This document shows, in pieces, positions 37,631 to 50,459 of a DNA stretch of 64,000 nucleotides. The notes beneath the pieces were generated by a model. The model made no database searches. It was given only the letters and a program-made list of their open reading frames with translations, and was not told the DNA's origin. The DNA comes from Camelus dromedarius (lineage: Eukaryota), in the NCBI RefSeq assembly GCF_036321535.1, contig NC_087436.1:1612001-1676000 (forward strand). Reading direction: 5' to 3'. The translations under genes and the position numbers were made by a program. The stretch's first letter is position 1. Every line of letters starts with the position of its first letter.

Positions 37631-40600
37631 AAGTTCCTGCAGTTTTCACTGTAAAAGCGAGTTGGAGCTAGTACCTCCCCATATATATGTATGGAGTGGA
37701 TTTTGCAACTGAAAAGAAACTTTGTGTTCCCAACAATCTAGGTGAAGGACGGATTTCACACACACTTATCTCTCACAACTGAGCATGTGGAGAGACTTTC
37801 GTTCATCTAGCACAAAGGGAATGGGTTGCAGGAGAAACTATTACTCTGGTTTCTCAGTGTGTTTCCTAGTGCCAGTTTGAATTTCCTGCAGTTTTCACTG
37901 TAAAACAGAGTTGGAGTTACTACCTCCCCATATATATGTATGGAGTGGAATTTGCAACTGAAAAGAAACTTTGTGTTTCCAACAAGCTAGGTGAATGACG
38001 GCTTTCACACACAATTATCTCTCAGAATTGAGCATGTGGAGAGACTTTCGTTCATCTAGCAAAAAGGGAACGGGTTGCAGGAGAAACTTTTACTCTGGTT
38101 TCTCAGTCTGTTTCCTAGTGCCGATTTGAAGTTCCAGCAGTTTTCACTGTAAAACCGAGATGGTGCTAGTACCTCCTCATATATATATATGGAGGGGAGT
38201 TTGCAACTGAAAAGAAAATTGGTGTTCCTAACAAGCTAGGTGAAGGACGGCTTTCATCCACACTTATCTCTCAGAACTGAGCATGTGGAGTGACGTTCGT
38301 TCATCTAGCACAAATGGAACGGGTTGCAGGAGAAACTTTTACTCTCGTTTCTCAGTCTGTTTCCTACTGCCGGTTTGATGTTCCTGCAGTTTTCACTGTA
38401 AAACCGAGTTGGAGCTCGTACCTCCCCATATATATGTATGGAGTGGTGTTTGCAAGTGAAAAGAAACTTTGTGTTCCCAACAAGCTAGGTGAAGGATGGC
38501 TTTCAAACACACTTATCTCTGAGAACTGAGCATGTGGAAAGACGTTCGTTCATCTAGCCCAAAGGGAACTGGTTGAAGGAGAAACTATAACTCTGGTTTC
38601 TCTGTCTGTTTCCTACTGCCGGTTTGAAGTTCCTGCAGTTTTCACTGTAAAACCGAGTTTGAGCTAGTACCTCCCGATATATATGTATGGAGTGGAGTTT
38701 GCAACTGAAAAGTAACTTTGTGTTCCCAACAAGCTAGGTGAAGGACGGCTTTTACACACACTTATCTCTTAGAACTGAGCATGTGGGGAGACTTTCGTTC
38801 ATCTAGCACAAAGGGAACGGGTTGCAGGACAAACTTATACTCTGGTTTCTCAGTCTGTTTCCTAATGCCGGTTTGAAGTTCCTGCAGTTTTCACTGTAAA
38901 ACCGTGTTGGAGCTCGTACCTCCCCATATATATGTATGGAGTGGAGTTTGAAAGTGAAAAGAAACTTTGTGTTCCCAACAAGATAGGTGAAGGATGGCTT
39001 TCAAACACACTTATATCTGAGAAATGAGCATGTGGAGAGATGTTCGTTCATTTATCACAAAGGGAACTGGTTGAAGGAGAAACTTTTACTCTGGTTTCTC
39101 TGTATGTTTCCTACTGCCGGTTTGAAGTTCCTTCAGTTTTCACTGTAAAACTGAGTTGAAGCTAGAACCTCCCCATATATATGTATGGAGTGGAGTTTGC
39201 AACTGAAAAGAAACTTTGTGTTCCCAACAAGCTAGGTGAAGGACGGCTTTCACACACCCTTAACTCTCAGAACTGAGCATGTGGAGAGACTTTCGTTCAT
39301 CTAGCACAAAGGGAACGGGTTGCAAGTTAAAATTTTACTCTGGTTTCTCAGACTGTTTCCTACTGCCGGTTTGAAGTTCCTGCAGTTTTCACTCTAAAAC
39401 CGAGTTGAAGCTAGTACCTACCCATATATATATATATGGAGTGGAGTTTGCAACTGAAAAGAAACTTTGTGTTCCCAACAATCTAGGTGAAGAACGGATT
39501 TCACACACACTTATCTCTCAGAATTGAGCATGTGGAGAGACGTTCGTTCATCTAGCACAAAGGGAATGGTTTGCAGGTGAAACTTTTACTCTGGTTTCTC
39601 AGTCTGTTTCCTAGTGCCGGTTTGAACTTCCTGCAGTTTTCACTGTAAAACAGATTTGGAGCTAGTACCTCCCCATATATATATATGGAGTGGAGTTTGC
39701 AACTTAAAAGAAACTTTGTGTTCCCAACAAGTTAAGTGAAGGACGGCTTTCACACACACTATCTCTCAGAACTGAGCATGTGGAGAAACGTTCGTTCATC
39801 TAGCACAAAGGGAACGGGTTGCAGGAGAAACTTTTACTCTGGTTTCTCAGTCTGTATCCTAGTACCGGTTTTAAGTTCCTGCAGTTTTCACTGTAAACAG
39901 ATTTGGAGATAGTACATCCCCATATATATGTATGGAGTGGAATTTGCAACTGAAAAGTAACTTTGTGTTCAGTACAAGCTAGGTGAAGGACGGTTTCATA
40001 CACACTTATCTCTCAGAAATGAGCATGTGGAGAGACGATCGTTCATCTAGCACAAAGGGAACAGTTTGCAGGAGAAACTTTTACTCTGGTTTCTCAGTCT
40101 GTTTCTTAGTAACGGTTTGAATTTCCTGCATTTTTCACTGTAAAACGGAGTTGGAGCTAGTACCTCCCCATATATATGTATGGAGTGGAGCTTGCAACTT
40201 AAAAGAAACTTTGTGTTCCCAACAATTTAGCTGAAGGACGGCTTTCACACACACTTATCTCTCAGAACTGAGCAAGTGGAGAGACGTTCGTTTATCTAGC
40301 ACAAAGGGTATGGGTTGCAGGAGAAACTATTACTCTGGTTTCTCAGTGTGTTTCCTAGTGCCAGTTTGATTTTCCTGCAGTTTTCACTGTAAAACAGAGT
40401 TGGAGTTATTACCTCCCCATATATATGTACGGAGTGGAGTTTGCAACTGAAAAGAAACTTTGTGTTCCCAACAAGCTATATGAAGGACGGCTTTCACACA
40501 CAATTATCTCTCAGAACTGAGCATGTGGAGAGACGTTCGTTCATCTAGCACAAAGGGAACGGGTTGCAGGAGAAACTTTTACTCTGGTTTCTCAGTCTGT

Positions 40601-41689
40601 TTCCTAGTGCCGATTTGAAGTTCCACCAGTTTTCACTGTAAAACAGAGATGGTGCTAGTACATAATCATATATATGTATGGAGTGGAGTTTGCAACGAAA
40701 AGAAACTTTGTGTTCCTAACAAGCTAGGTGAAGGACGTCTTTCATACACACTTATCTCTCAGAACTGAGCATGTGGAGTGACGTTCGTTCATCTAGCACA
40801 AATGAAACGGGTGGCAGGAGAAACTTTTACTCTGGTTTCTAAGTCTGTTTCCTACTGCCGGTTTGATGTTCCTGCAGTTTTCACTGTAAAACCGAGTTGG
40901 AGCTCGTACCTCCCCATATATATGTATGGAGTGGTGTTTGCAAGTGAAAAGAAACTTTGTGTTCCCAACAAGCTAGGTGAAGGTTGGCGTTCAAACACAC
41001 TTATCTCTGAGAACTGAACATGTGGAAAGACGTTCGTTCATCTAGCACAAAGGGAACTGGTTGAAGGAGAAACTTTTACTCTGGTTTCTCTGTCTGCTTC
41101 CTACTGACGGTTTGAATTTCCTGCAGTTTTCACTGTAAAACTGATTTGAAGCTAGAACATCCCCATATATATGTATGGAGTGGAGTTTGCAACTGAAAAG
41201 CAACTTTGTGTTCCCAACAAGCTAGGTGAAGGACGGCTTTCACACACACTTATCTCTCAGTACTGAGCATGTGGAGAGACGTTCGTTCATCTAGCACAAA
41301 GGGAAAGGTTTGCAGGAGAAACTTTTACTCAGGTTTCTCAGTCTGTTTCCTAGTGCCGGTTTGAAGTTCCTGCAGTTTTCACTGTAAAACCGAGTTGGAG
41401 CTCGTACCACCCCATATATATGTATGGAGTGGAGTTTGCAACTGAAAAGAAACTTTGTGTTCCCAACAAGCTAGGTGAAGGCGGCTTTCACACACACTTA
41501 TCTCTCAGAACTGATCATGTGGAGAGACGTTCGTTCATCTAGCACAAAGGGAACGGGTTGCAGGAGAAACTTTTACTCTTGTTTCTCATTCTGTATCCTA
41601 GTACCGGGTTGAAGTTCCTGCAGTTTTCACTGTAAACAGATTTGGAGCTAGTACATCCCCATATATATGTATGGAGTGGAATTTGCAAC

Positions 41690-42640
41690 TGAAAAGGAAC
41701 TATGTTTTCAGTACAAGCTAGGTGAAGGACGGATTTCATACACAATTATCTCTCAGAACTGAGCATGTGCAGAGATGTTCGTTCATCTAGCACAAAGGGA
41801 ACGGTTTGCAGGAGAAACTTTTACTCTGGTTTCTCAGTCTGTTTCCTAGTAACGGTTTGAATTTCCTGCATTTTTCACTGTAAAACCGTGTTGGAGCTTG
41901 TACCTCCCCATATATATATATGGAGTGGAGTTTGCAACTTAAAAGAAACTTTGTTTTCCCAACAAGTTAGGTGAAGGACGGCTTTCACACACACTTATCT
42001 CTCAGAACTGAGCATGTGGAGAGACGTTCGTTCATCTAGCACAAAGGGTATGGGTTGCAGGAGAAACTATTACTCTGTTTTCTCAGTGTGTTTCCTAGTG
42101 CCAGTTTGAATTTCCTGCAGTTTTCACTGTAAAACCGAGTTGGAGTTATTACCTCCCCATATATATGTATGGAGTGGATTTTGCAACTGAAAAGGAACTA
42201 TGTGTTCAGTACAAGCTAGGTGAAGGTCGGATTTCATACACACTTATCTCTCAGAACTGAGCATGTGCAGAGACGTTCGTTCATCTAGCACAAAGGGAAC
42301 GGTTTGCAGGAGAAACTTTTACTCTGGTTTCTCAGTCTGTTTCCTAGTAACGGTTTGAATTTCCTGCATTTTTCACTGTAAAACCGTGTTGGAGCTTGTA
42401 CCTCCCCATATATATATATGGAGTGGAGTTTGCAACTTAAAAGAAACTTTGTTTTCTCAACAAGTTAGGTGAAGGACGGCTTTCACACACACTTATCTCT
42501 CAGAACTGAGCATGTGGAGAGACGTTCGTTCATCTAGCACAAAGGGTATGGGTTGCAGGAGAAACTATTACTCTGTTTTCTCAGTGTGTTTCCTAGTGCC
42601 AGTTTGAATTTCCTGCAGTTTTCTCTGTAAAACCGAGTTG
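41690..42640. repeat. 2-monomer tandem duplication (period 498 bp)
   Basis: AAAGGAACTATG, GCATGTGCAGAGA, AACCGTGTTGGAGCTTG and TACTCTGTTTTCTCAGTGTG each appear twice, 498 bp apart. Confidence 0.85.
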
Positions 42641-45600
42641 GAGCTAGTACCTCCCCATATATATGTATGGAGTGGAGTTTGCAACTGAAAAGAATCTTTG
42701 TGTTCCCAACAAGCTAGGTGAAGTACGGCTTTCACACACAATTATCTCTCAGAACTGCGCATGTGGAGAGACGTTCGTTCATCTAGCACAAAGGGAACGG
42801 GTTGCAGGAGAAACTTTTACTCTGGTTTCTCAGTCTGTTTCCTAGTGCCGATTTGAAGTTCCAGCAGTTTTCACTGTAAAACCGAGATGGTGCTAGTACC
42901 TCCTCATATAAATGTATGGAGTGGAGTTTGCAACTGAAAAGAAACTTTGTGTTCCTAACAAGATAGGTGAAGGACGGCATTCATACACACTTATCTCTCA
43001 GAACTGAGTATGTGGAATGACGTTCGTTCATCTAGCACAAATGGAACGGGTTGCAGGTGATACTTTTACTCTGGTCTCTCCGTCTGTTTCCTACTGCCGG
43101 TTTGAAGTTCCTGCAGTTTACACTGTAAAACTGAGTTGGAGCTAGTACCTACCCATATATATGTATGGAGTGGAGTTTGCAACTGAAAAGAAACATTGTG
43201 TTCCCAACAAGCTAGGTGAAGGGCGGCTTTCACACACACTTATCTCTCAGAACTGAGCATGTGGAGAGACGATCGTTCATCTAGCAAAATAGGAACGGGT
43301 TGCAGCTGAAAATTTTCTCTGGTTTCTCAGACTGTTTCCTACTGCCGGTTTGAAGTTCCTGCAGTTTTCACTGTAAAATGGAGTTGGAGCTAGTACCTCC
43401 CCATATATATCTATGGAGTGGAGTTTGCAACTGAAAAGAAACTTTGTGTTCAGTACAAGCTAGGTGAAGGACGGCTTTCATACACACTTATCTCTCAGAA
43501 CTGAGCATGTGGAGAGACCTTCGTTTATCTAGCACAAAGTGTATGGGTTGCAGGAGAAACTATTACTCTGGTTTCTCAGTGTGTTTCCTAGTGCCAGTTT
43601 GAATTTCCTGCAGTTTTCACTGTAAAACAGAGTTGGAGTTATTACCTCCCAATATATATGTATGGAGTGGAGTTTGCAACTGAAAAGAAACTTTGTGTTC
43701 CCAACAAGCTAGGTGAAGGACGGCTTTCACACACAATTATCTCTCAGAACTGAGCATGTGGAGAGACGTTCGTTCATGTAGCACAAATGGAACGGGTTGC
43801 AGGAGAAACTTTTACTCTGGTTTCTCAGTCTGTTTCCTACTGCCGGTTTGATGTTCCTGCAGTTTTCACTGTAAAACCGAGTTGGAGCTCGTACCTCCCC
43901 ATATATATGTATGGAGTGGTGTTTGCAAGTGAAAAGAAACTTTGTGTTCCCAACAAGCTAGGTGAAGGATGGCTTTCAAACACACTTATCTCTGAGAACT
44001 GAGCATGTGGAGAGACGTTCGTTCATCTAGCACAAAGGGAACGGGTTGCAGGAGAAACTTATACTCTGGTTTCTCAGTCTGTTTCCTACTGCCTGTTTGA
44101 AGTTCCTGCACTTTTCACTGTAAACCGAGTTGGAGCTCGTACCTCCCCATATATATGTATGGAGTGGAGTTTTTAAGTGAAAAGAAACTTTGTGTTCCCA
44201 ACAAGCTAGGTGAATGATGGCTTTCAAACACACTTATCTCTGAGAACTGAGCATGTGGAGAGACGTTCGTTCATCTAGCACATAGGGAACTGTTTGAAGG
44301 AGAAAATTTTACTCTCGATTCTCTGTCTGTTTCCTACTGCCGGTTTGAAGTTAGTGCAGTTTTCACTGTAAAACTGAGTTGAAGCTAGAACCTCCCCATA
44401 TATATGTATGGAGTGGAGTTTGCAACTGAAAAGAAACTTTGTGTTCCCAACAAGCTATGTGAAGTACGGCATTCACACACACTTATCTCTCAGAACTGAG
44501 CATGTGGAGAGACGTATGTTCATCTAGCACAAAGGGAAAGGTTTGCAGGAGAAACTTTTCCTCAGGTTTCTCAGTCTGTTTCCTAGTGCCGGTTTGAAGT
44601 TCTTGCAGGTTTCACTGTAAAACCGAGTTTGAGCTAGTACCTCCCCATATATATGTATGGAGTGGGGTTTCAACTGAAAAGAAACTTTGTGTTCCCAACA
44701 AGCTAGCTGAAGGCGGCTTTAACACACACTTATCTCTCAGAACAGAGCATGTGGAGAGACGTTTGTTCACCTAGCACAAATGGATCTGGTTGCAGGAGAA
44801 ACTTTTAGTCTGGTTTCTCAGTCTGTTTCCTAGTGCCGGTTTGAAGTTCCTGCAGTTTTCACTGTAAAACCGAGTTGGAGCTAGTACCTCCCCATATATA
44901 TGTATGGATTGGATTTGCAACTGAAAAGAAACTTTGTGTTCCCAACAAGCTAGGTGAACGACGGCTTTCACACACACTTATCTCTTAGAAATGAGCATGT
45001 GGAGAGACTTTCGTTCATCTAGCACAAAGGGAACGGGTTGCAGGAGAAACTTTTACTCTGGTTTCTCAGTCTGTTTCCTACTGCCGGTTTGAAGTTCCTG
45101 CAGTTTTCACTGTATAACCGATTTGGAGCTAGTACCTCCCCATATATATGTATGGAGTGGAGTTTGCAAGTGAAAAGAAACATTGTGTTCCCAACAAGCT
45201 AAGTGAAGAACGGCTTTCACACACACTTATCTCTCAGAACTTAGCATGTGGAGAGACGTTCGTTCATCTAGCACAATAGGAACGGGTTGCAGGAGAAACT
45301 TTTACTCTGGTTTCTCAGTCTGTTTCCTAGTGCCGGTTTGAAGTTCCTGCAGTTTTCACTGTAAAAGCGAGTTGAAGTTAGTACCTCCCCATATATATGT
45401 ATGGATTGTACTTTGCAACTGAAAAGAATTTTTGTGTTCCCAACAAGCTAGGTGAAGGACGGCTTTCACACACACTTATCTCTCAGAACTGAGCATGTGG
45501 AGAGACGTTCGTTCATCTAGCATAAATGGAACGGGTTGCAGGAGAAACTTTTACTCTGGTTTCTCAGTCTGTTTCCTACTGCCTGTTTGAAGTTCCTGCA

Positions 45601-46975
45601 GTTTTCACTGTAAAACCGAGTTGGAGCTTGTACCTACCCTTATATATGTATGGAGTGGAGTTTGCAACTGAAAAGAAACTTTGTGTTCCCAACAAGCTAG
45701 GTGAAGGACGGCTTTCACACACACTTATCTCTCACAACTGAGCATGTGGAGATACGTTCGTTCATCTAGCACAAAGGGAAAGGGTGGCAGGAGTAACTTA
45801 TACTCTGGTTTCTCAGTCTGTTTCCTAATGCCGGTTTGAAGTTCTTGCAGTTTTAACTGTAAAACCGACTTGGAGCTCGTACCTCCCCATATATATGTAT
45901 GGAGTGGAATTTGCAACTGAAAAGAAACTTTGTATTCAGTACAAGCTAGGTGAAGGACGGCTTTCACACACACTTATCTCTCAGATCTGAGCATGTGGAG
46001 AGACGTTCGTTCATCTAGCACAAATGGAATGGTTTGCAGTAGAAACTTTTACTCAGGATTCTCAGTCTGTTTCCTAGTGCCGGTTTGATGTTCCTGCATT
46101 TTTCACTGTAAAACAGAGTTGGAGCTATTACCTCCCCATATATATGTATGGAGTGGAGTTTGCAACTGAAAAGATACTTTGTGTTCAGAAAAATCTAGGT
46201 GAAGTAAGGCTTTCACACGCATTTATCTCTGAGAACTGAGCATGTGGAGAGACGTACGTTCATCTAGCATAAAGGGAAAGGGTTGGAGGTGAAAATTTTT
46301 CTCTGGATTCTCAGTCTGTTTCCTAGTGCCGGTTTGAAGTTCTAGCTGTTTTCACTGTAAATCCGATTTGGTGCTAGTACCTCCCCATTTATATGTATGG
46401 AGTGGAGTTTGCAACTGAAAAGAAACTTTGTGTTCCCAACAAGCTAGGTGAAGGACGGATTTCACACACAATTATCTCTCAGAACTGAGCATGTGGAGTG
46501 ACGTTCGTTCAACTAGCACAAAGGGAACTGTTTGCAGGAGAAACTTGTACTCTGGTTTCTCAGTCTGTTTCCTAGTGCCGGTTTGAAGTTCCTGCATTTT
46601 TCACTGTAAAACCGATTTGGAGCTAGTACCTCCCCATATATATGTATGGAGTGGAGTTTGCAAGTGAATAGAAACATTGTGTTCCCCACAAGCTAAGGGA
46701 AGTACGGCTTTCACACACACTTATCTCTCAGAACTGAGCATGTGGAGAGACGTTCGTTCATCTAGCACAATAGGAACGGGTTTCAGGAGAAACTTTTACT
46801 CTGGTTTCTTAGTCTGTTTCCTAGTGCCGGTTTTAAGTTCCTGCAGTTTTCACTGTAAAACGAGTTGGAGTTTGTACCTCCCCATATATATGTACTGATA
46901 GCAGTTTGCAACTGAAAAGAAACTTTGTGTTCCCAACAACCTAGGTGAAGGACGGCTTTCACACACACTTATCTC
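42260..46975. repeat. Dispersed ~19-monomer block duplication, copy 1 (partner 50460-55190)
   Basis: ORF offsets 42663/50867 (8,204), 44027/52481 and 44771/53225 (8,454), 46783/54985 (8,202). Shared rare variants include AACTGCGCATG, GTTTACACTG, CTCGATTCTC, GACGTATGTT, CTGTATAACC and GTACTGATAGCAG. Confidence 0.87.
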
Positions 46976-47689
46976 TCAACTGAGCATGTGGAGAGACGTT
47001 CGTTTATCTAGCACAAAGGGTATGGGTTGCAGGAGAAACTATTACTCTGGTTTCTCAGTGTTTTTCCTAGTGCAAGTTTGAATTTCCTGCAGTTTTCACT
47101 GTAAAAGAGAGTTGGAGTTTTTACCTCCCCATATATATGTATGGAGTGGAGTGTGCAACTGAAAAGAAACTTTGTGTTCCCAACAAGCTAGGTGAAGGAC
47201 GGCTTTCACACACAATTTTCTCTCAAAACTGAGCATGAGGAGAGACGTTCGTTCATCTAGCACAAAGGGAACGGGTTGCAGGAGAAACTTTTACTCTGGT
47301 TTCTCAGTCTGTTTCCTAGTGCCGATTTGAAGTTCCAGCAGTTTTCACTGTAAAACAGAGATGCTGTTATTACCTCCTCATATATATGTATGGAGTGGAG
47401 TTTGCAACTGAAAAGAAACTTTGTGTTCCCAACAAGCTAGGTTTAGGACTGCTTTCACACACAATTATCTCTCAGAACTGAGCATGTGGAGAGACTTTCG
47501 TTCATCTAGCACAAAGGGAACGGGTTGCAGGAGAAACTTATACTCTGGTTTCTCAGTCTGTTTCCTACTGCCGGTTTGAAGTTCTTGCAGTTTTCACTGT
47601 AAAACCGAGTTGGAGCACGTACCTCCCCATATATATGTATGGAGAGGAGTTTGCAAGTGAAAGAAACTTTGTGTTCCCAACAAGCTAGG

Positions 47690-48195
47690 TGAAGGATGGC
47701 TTTCAAACACACTTATCTCTGAGAACAGAGCATGTGGAAAGAAGTTCGTTCATCTAGCACAAAGGGAACTGTTTGAAGTAGAAACTTTTACTCTGGTTTC
47801 TCTGTCTGCTTCCTACTGACGGTTTGAAGTTCCTGCAGTTTTCACTGTAAAACTGATTTGAAGCTAGAACATCCCAATATATATGTATGGAGAGGAGTTT
47901 GCAACTGAAAAGCAACTTTGTGTTCCCAACAAGCTAGGTGAAGGATGGCTTTCAAACACACTTATCTCTGAGAACAGAGCATGTGGAAAGAAGTTCGTTC
48001 ATCTAGCACAAAGGGAACTGTTTGAAGTAGAAACTTTTACTCTGGTTTCTCTGTCTGCTTCCTACTGACGGTTTGAAGTTCCTGCAGTTTTCACTGTAAA
48101 ACTGATTTGAAGCTAGAACATCCCAATATATATGTATGGAGAGGAGTTTGCAACTGAAAAGCAACTTTGTGTTCCCAACAAGCTAGGTGAAGGAC
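47690..48195. repeat. Single-monomer tandem duplication (period 249 bp)
   Basis: Two adjacent, essentially identical divergent monomers (GAGAACAGAGCATGTGGAAAGAAG, TTGAAGTAG, TCTGCTTCC, ACATCCCAAT, GAGAGG, AAGCAAC) at 47721 and 47970. Confidence 0.9.
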
Positions 48196-48714
48196 GGCTT
48201 TCACACACACTTATCTCTCAGAACTGAGCATGTGGAGAGACGTTCGTTCATCTAGCACAAAGGGAAAGGTTTGCAGGAGAAACTTTTACTCAGGTTTCTC
48301 AGTCTGTTTCCTAGTGCCGGTTTGAAGTTCCTGCAGTTTTCACTGTAAACAGATTTGGAGCTAGTACATCCCCATATATATGTATGGAGTGGAATTTGCA
48401 ACTGAAAAGGAACTATGTGTTCAGTACAAGCTAGGTGAAGGACGGCTTTCACACACACTTATCTCTCAGAACTGAGCATGTGGAGAGACGTTCGTTCATC
48501 TAGCACAAAGGGAACGGTTTGCAGGAGAAACTTTTACTCTGGTTTCTCAGTCTGTTTCCTAGTAACGGTTTGAATTTCCTGCATATTTCACTGTAAAACC
48601 GTGTTGGAGCTTGTACCTCCCCATATATATATATGGAGAGGAGTTTGCAACTGAAAAGCAACTTTGTGTTCCCAACAATCTAGGTGAATGATGGCTTTCA
48701 AACACACTTATCTC

Positions 48715-50455
48715 TCAGAACTGAGTATGTGGAGAGACGATCGTTCATCTAGCAATATAGGAATGGGTTGCAGGAGAAACTTTTACTCTGGTTTCTCAGT
48801 CTGATTCCTAGTGCCGTTTTGAAGTTCCTGCAGTTTTCACTTTAAAAACGAATTGGAGCTAGTACCTACCCATATATATGTATGGAGTGGAGTTTGCAAC
48901 TGAAAAGAATCTTTGTGTTCCCAACAAGCTAGGTGAAGGACGGATTTCACACACACTTATCTCTCAGAACTGAGCATGTGGAGAGACGTTCGTTCATCTA
49001 GCAAAAAGGGAACGGGTTGCAGCTGAAAATTTTACTCTGGTTTCTCAGACTGTTTCCTACTGCCGGTTTGAATTTCCTGCAGTTTTCACTGTAAAATAGA
49101 GTTGGAGCTAGTACCTCCCCATATATATGTATGGAGTGGAGTTAGCAACTGAAAAGAAACTTTGTGTTCAGTACAAGCTAGGTGAAGTACGGCTTTCATA
49201 CACACTTATCTCTCAGAACTGAGCATGTGGAGAGACCTTCGTTTATGTAGCACAAAGTGTATGGGTTGCAGGAGAAACTATAACTCTGGTTTCTCAGTGT
49301 GTTTCCTGGTGCCAGTTTGAATTTCCTGCAGTTTTCTCTGTAAAACAGAGTTGGAGTTATTACCTCCCAATATATATGTATGGAGTGGAGTTTGCAACTG
49401 AAAAGAAACTTTGTGTTCCCAACAAGCTAGGTGAAGGACGGCTTTCACACACAATTATCTCTCAGAACTGAGCATGTGGAGAGACGTTCGTTCATGTAGC
49501 ACAAATGGAACGGGTTGCAGGAGAAACTTTTACTCTGGTTTCTCAGTCTGTTTCCTACTGCCGGTTTGATGTTCCTGCAGTTTTCACTGTAAAACCGAGT
49601 TGGAGCTCGTACCTCCCCATATATATGTATGGAGTGGTGTTTGCAATTGAAAAGAAACTTTGTGTTCCCAACAAGCTAGGTGAAGGATGGCTTTCAAACA
49701 CACTTATCTCTGAGAACTGAGCATGTGGAGAGACGTTCGTTCATCTAGCACAAAGGGAACGGTTTGCAGGAGAAACTTATACTCTGGTTTCTCAGTCTGT
49801 TTCCTACTGCCTTTTTGAAGTTCCTGCACTTTTCACTGTAAACCGAGTTGGAGCTCGTACCTCCCCATATATATGTATGGAGTGGAGTTTGTAAGTGAAA
49901 AGAAACTTTGTGTTCCCAACAATCTAGGTGAATGATGGCTTTCAAACACACTTATCTCTGAGAACTGAGCATGTGGAGAGACTTTCGTTCATCTAGCACA
50001 TAGGGAACTGTTTGAAGGAGAAAATTTTACTCTCGATTCTCTGTCTGTTTCCTACTGCCGGTTTGAAGTTAGTGCAGTTTTCACTGTAAAATTGAGTTGA
50101 AGCTAGAACCTCCCCATATATATGTATGGAGTGGAGTTTGCAACTGAAAAGAAACTTTGTGTTCCCAACAAGCTATGTGAAGTACGGCTTTCACACACAC
50201 TTATCTCTCAGAACTGAGCATGTGGAGAGACGTATGTTCATCTAGCACAAAGGGAAAGGTTTGCAGGAGAAACTTTTCCTCAGATTTCTCAGTCTGTTTC
50301 CTAGTGCCGGTTTGAAGTTCTTGCAGGTTTCACTGTAAAACCGAGTTTGAGCTAGTACATCCCCATATATATGTATGGAGTGGGGTTTCAACTGAAAAGA
50401 AACTTTGTGTTCCCAACTAGCTAGCTGAAGGCGGTTTTAACACACACTTATCTCT
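48715..50455. repeat. 7-monomer block repeated at +2,736 bp (partner ~51450-53190)
   Basis: CTGAGTATGTGGAGAGACGATCG...CTGATT...TTTAAAAACGAATTGG at 48721 and 51457. ORFs 49745/52481 show the same offset. Confidence 0.85.
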
Positions 50456-50459
50456 CAGA

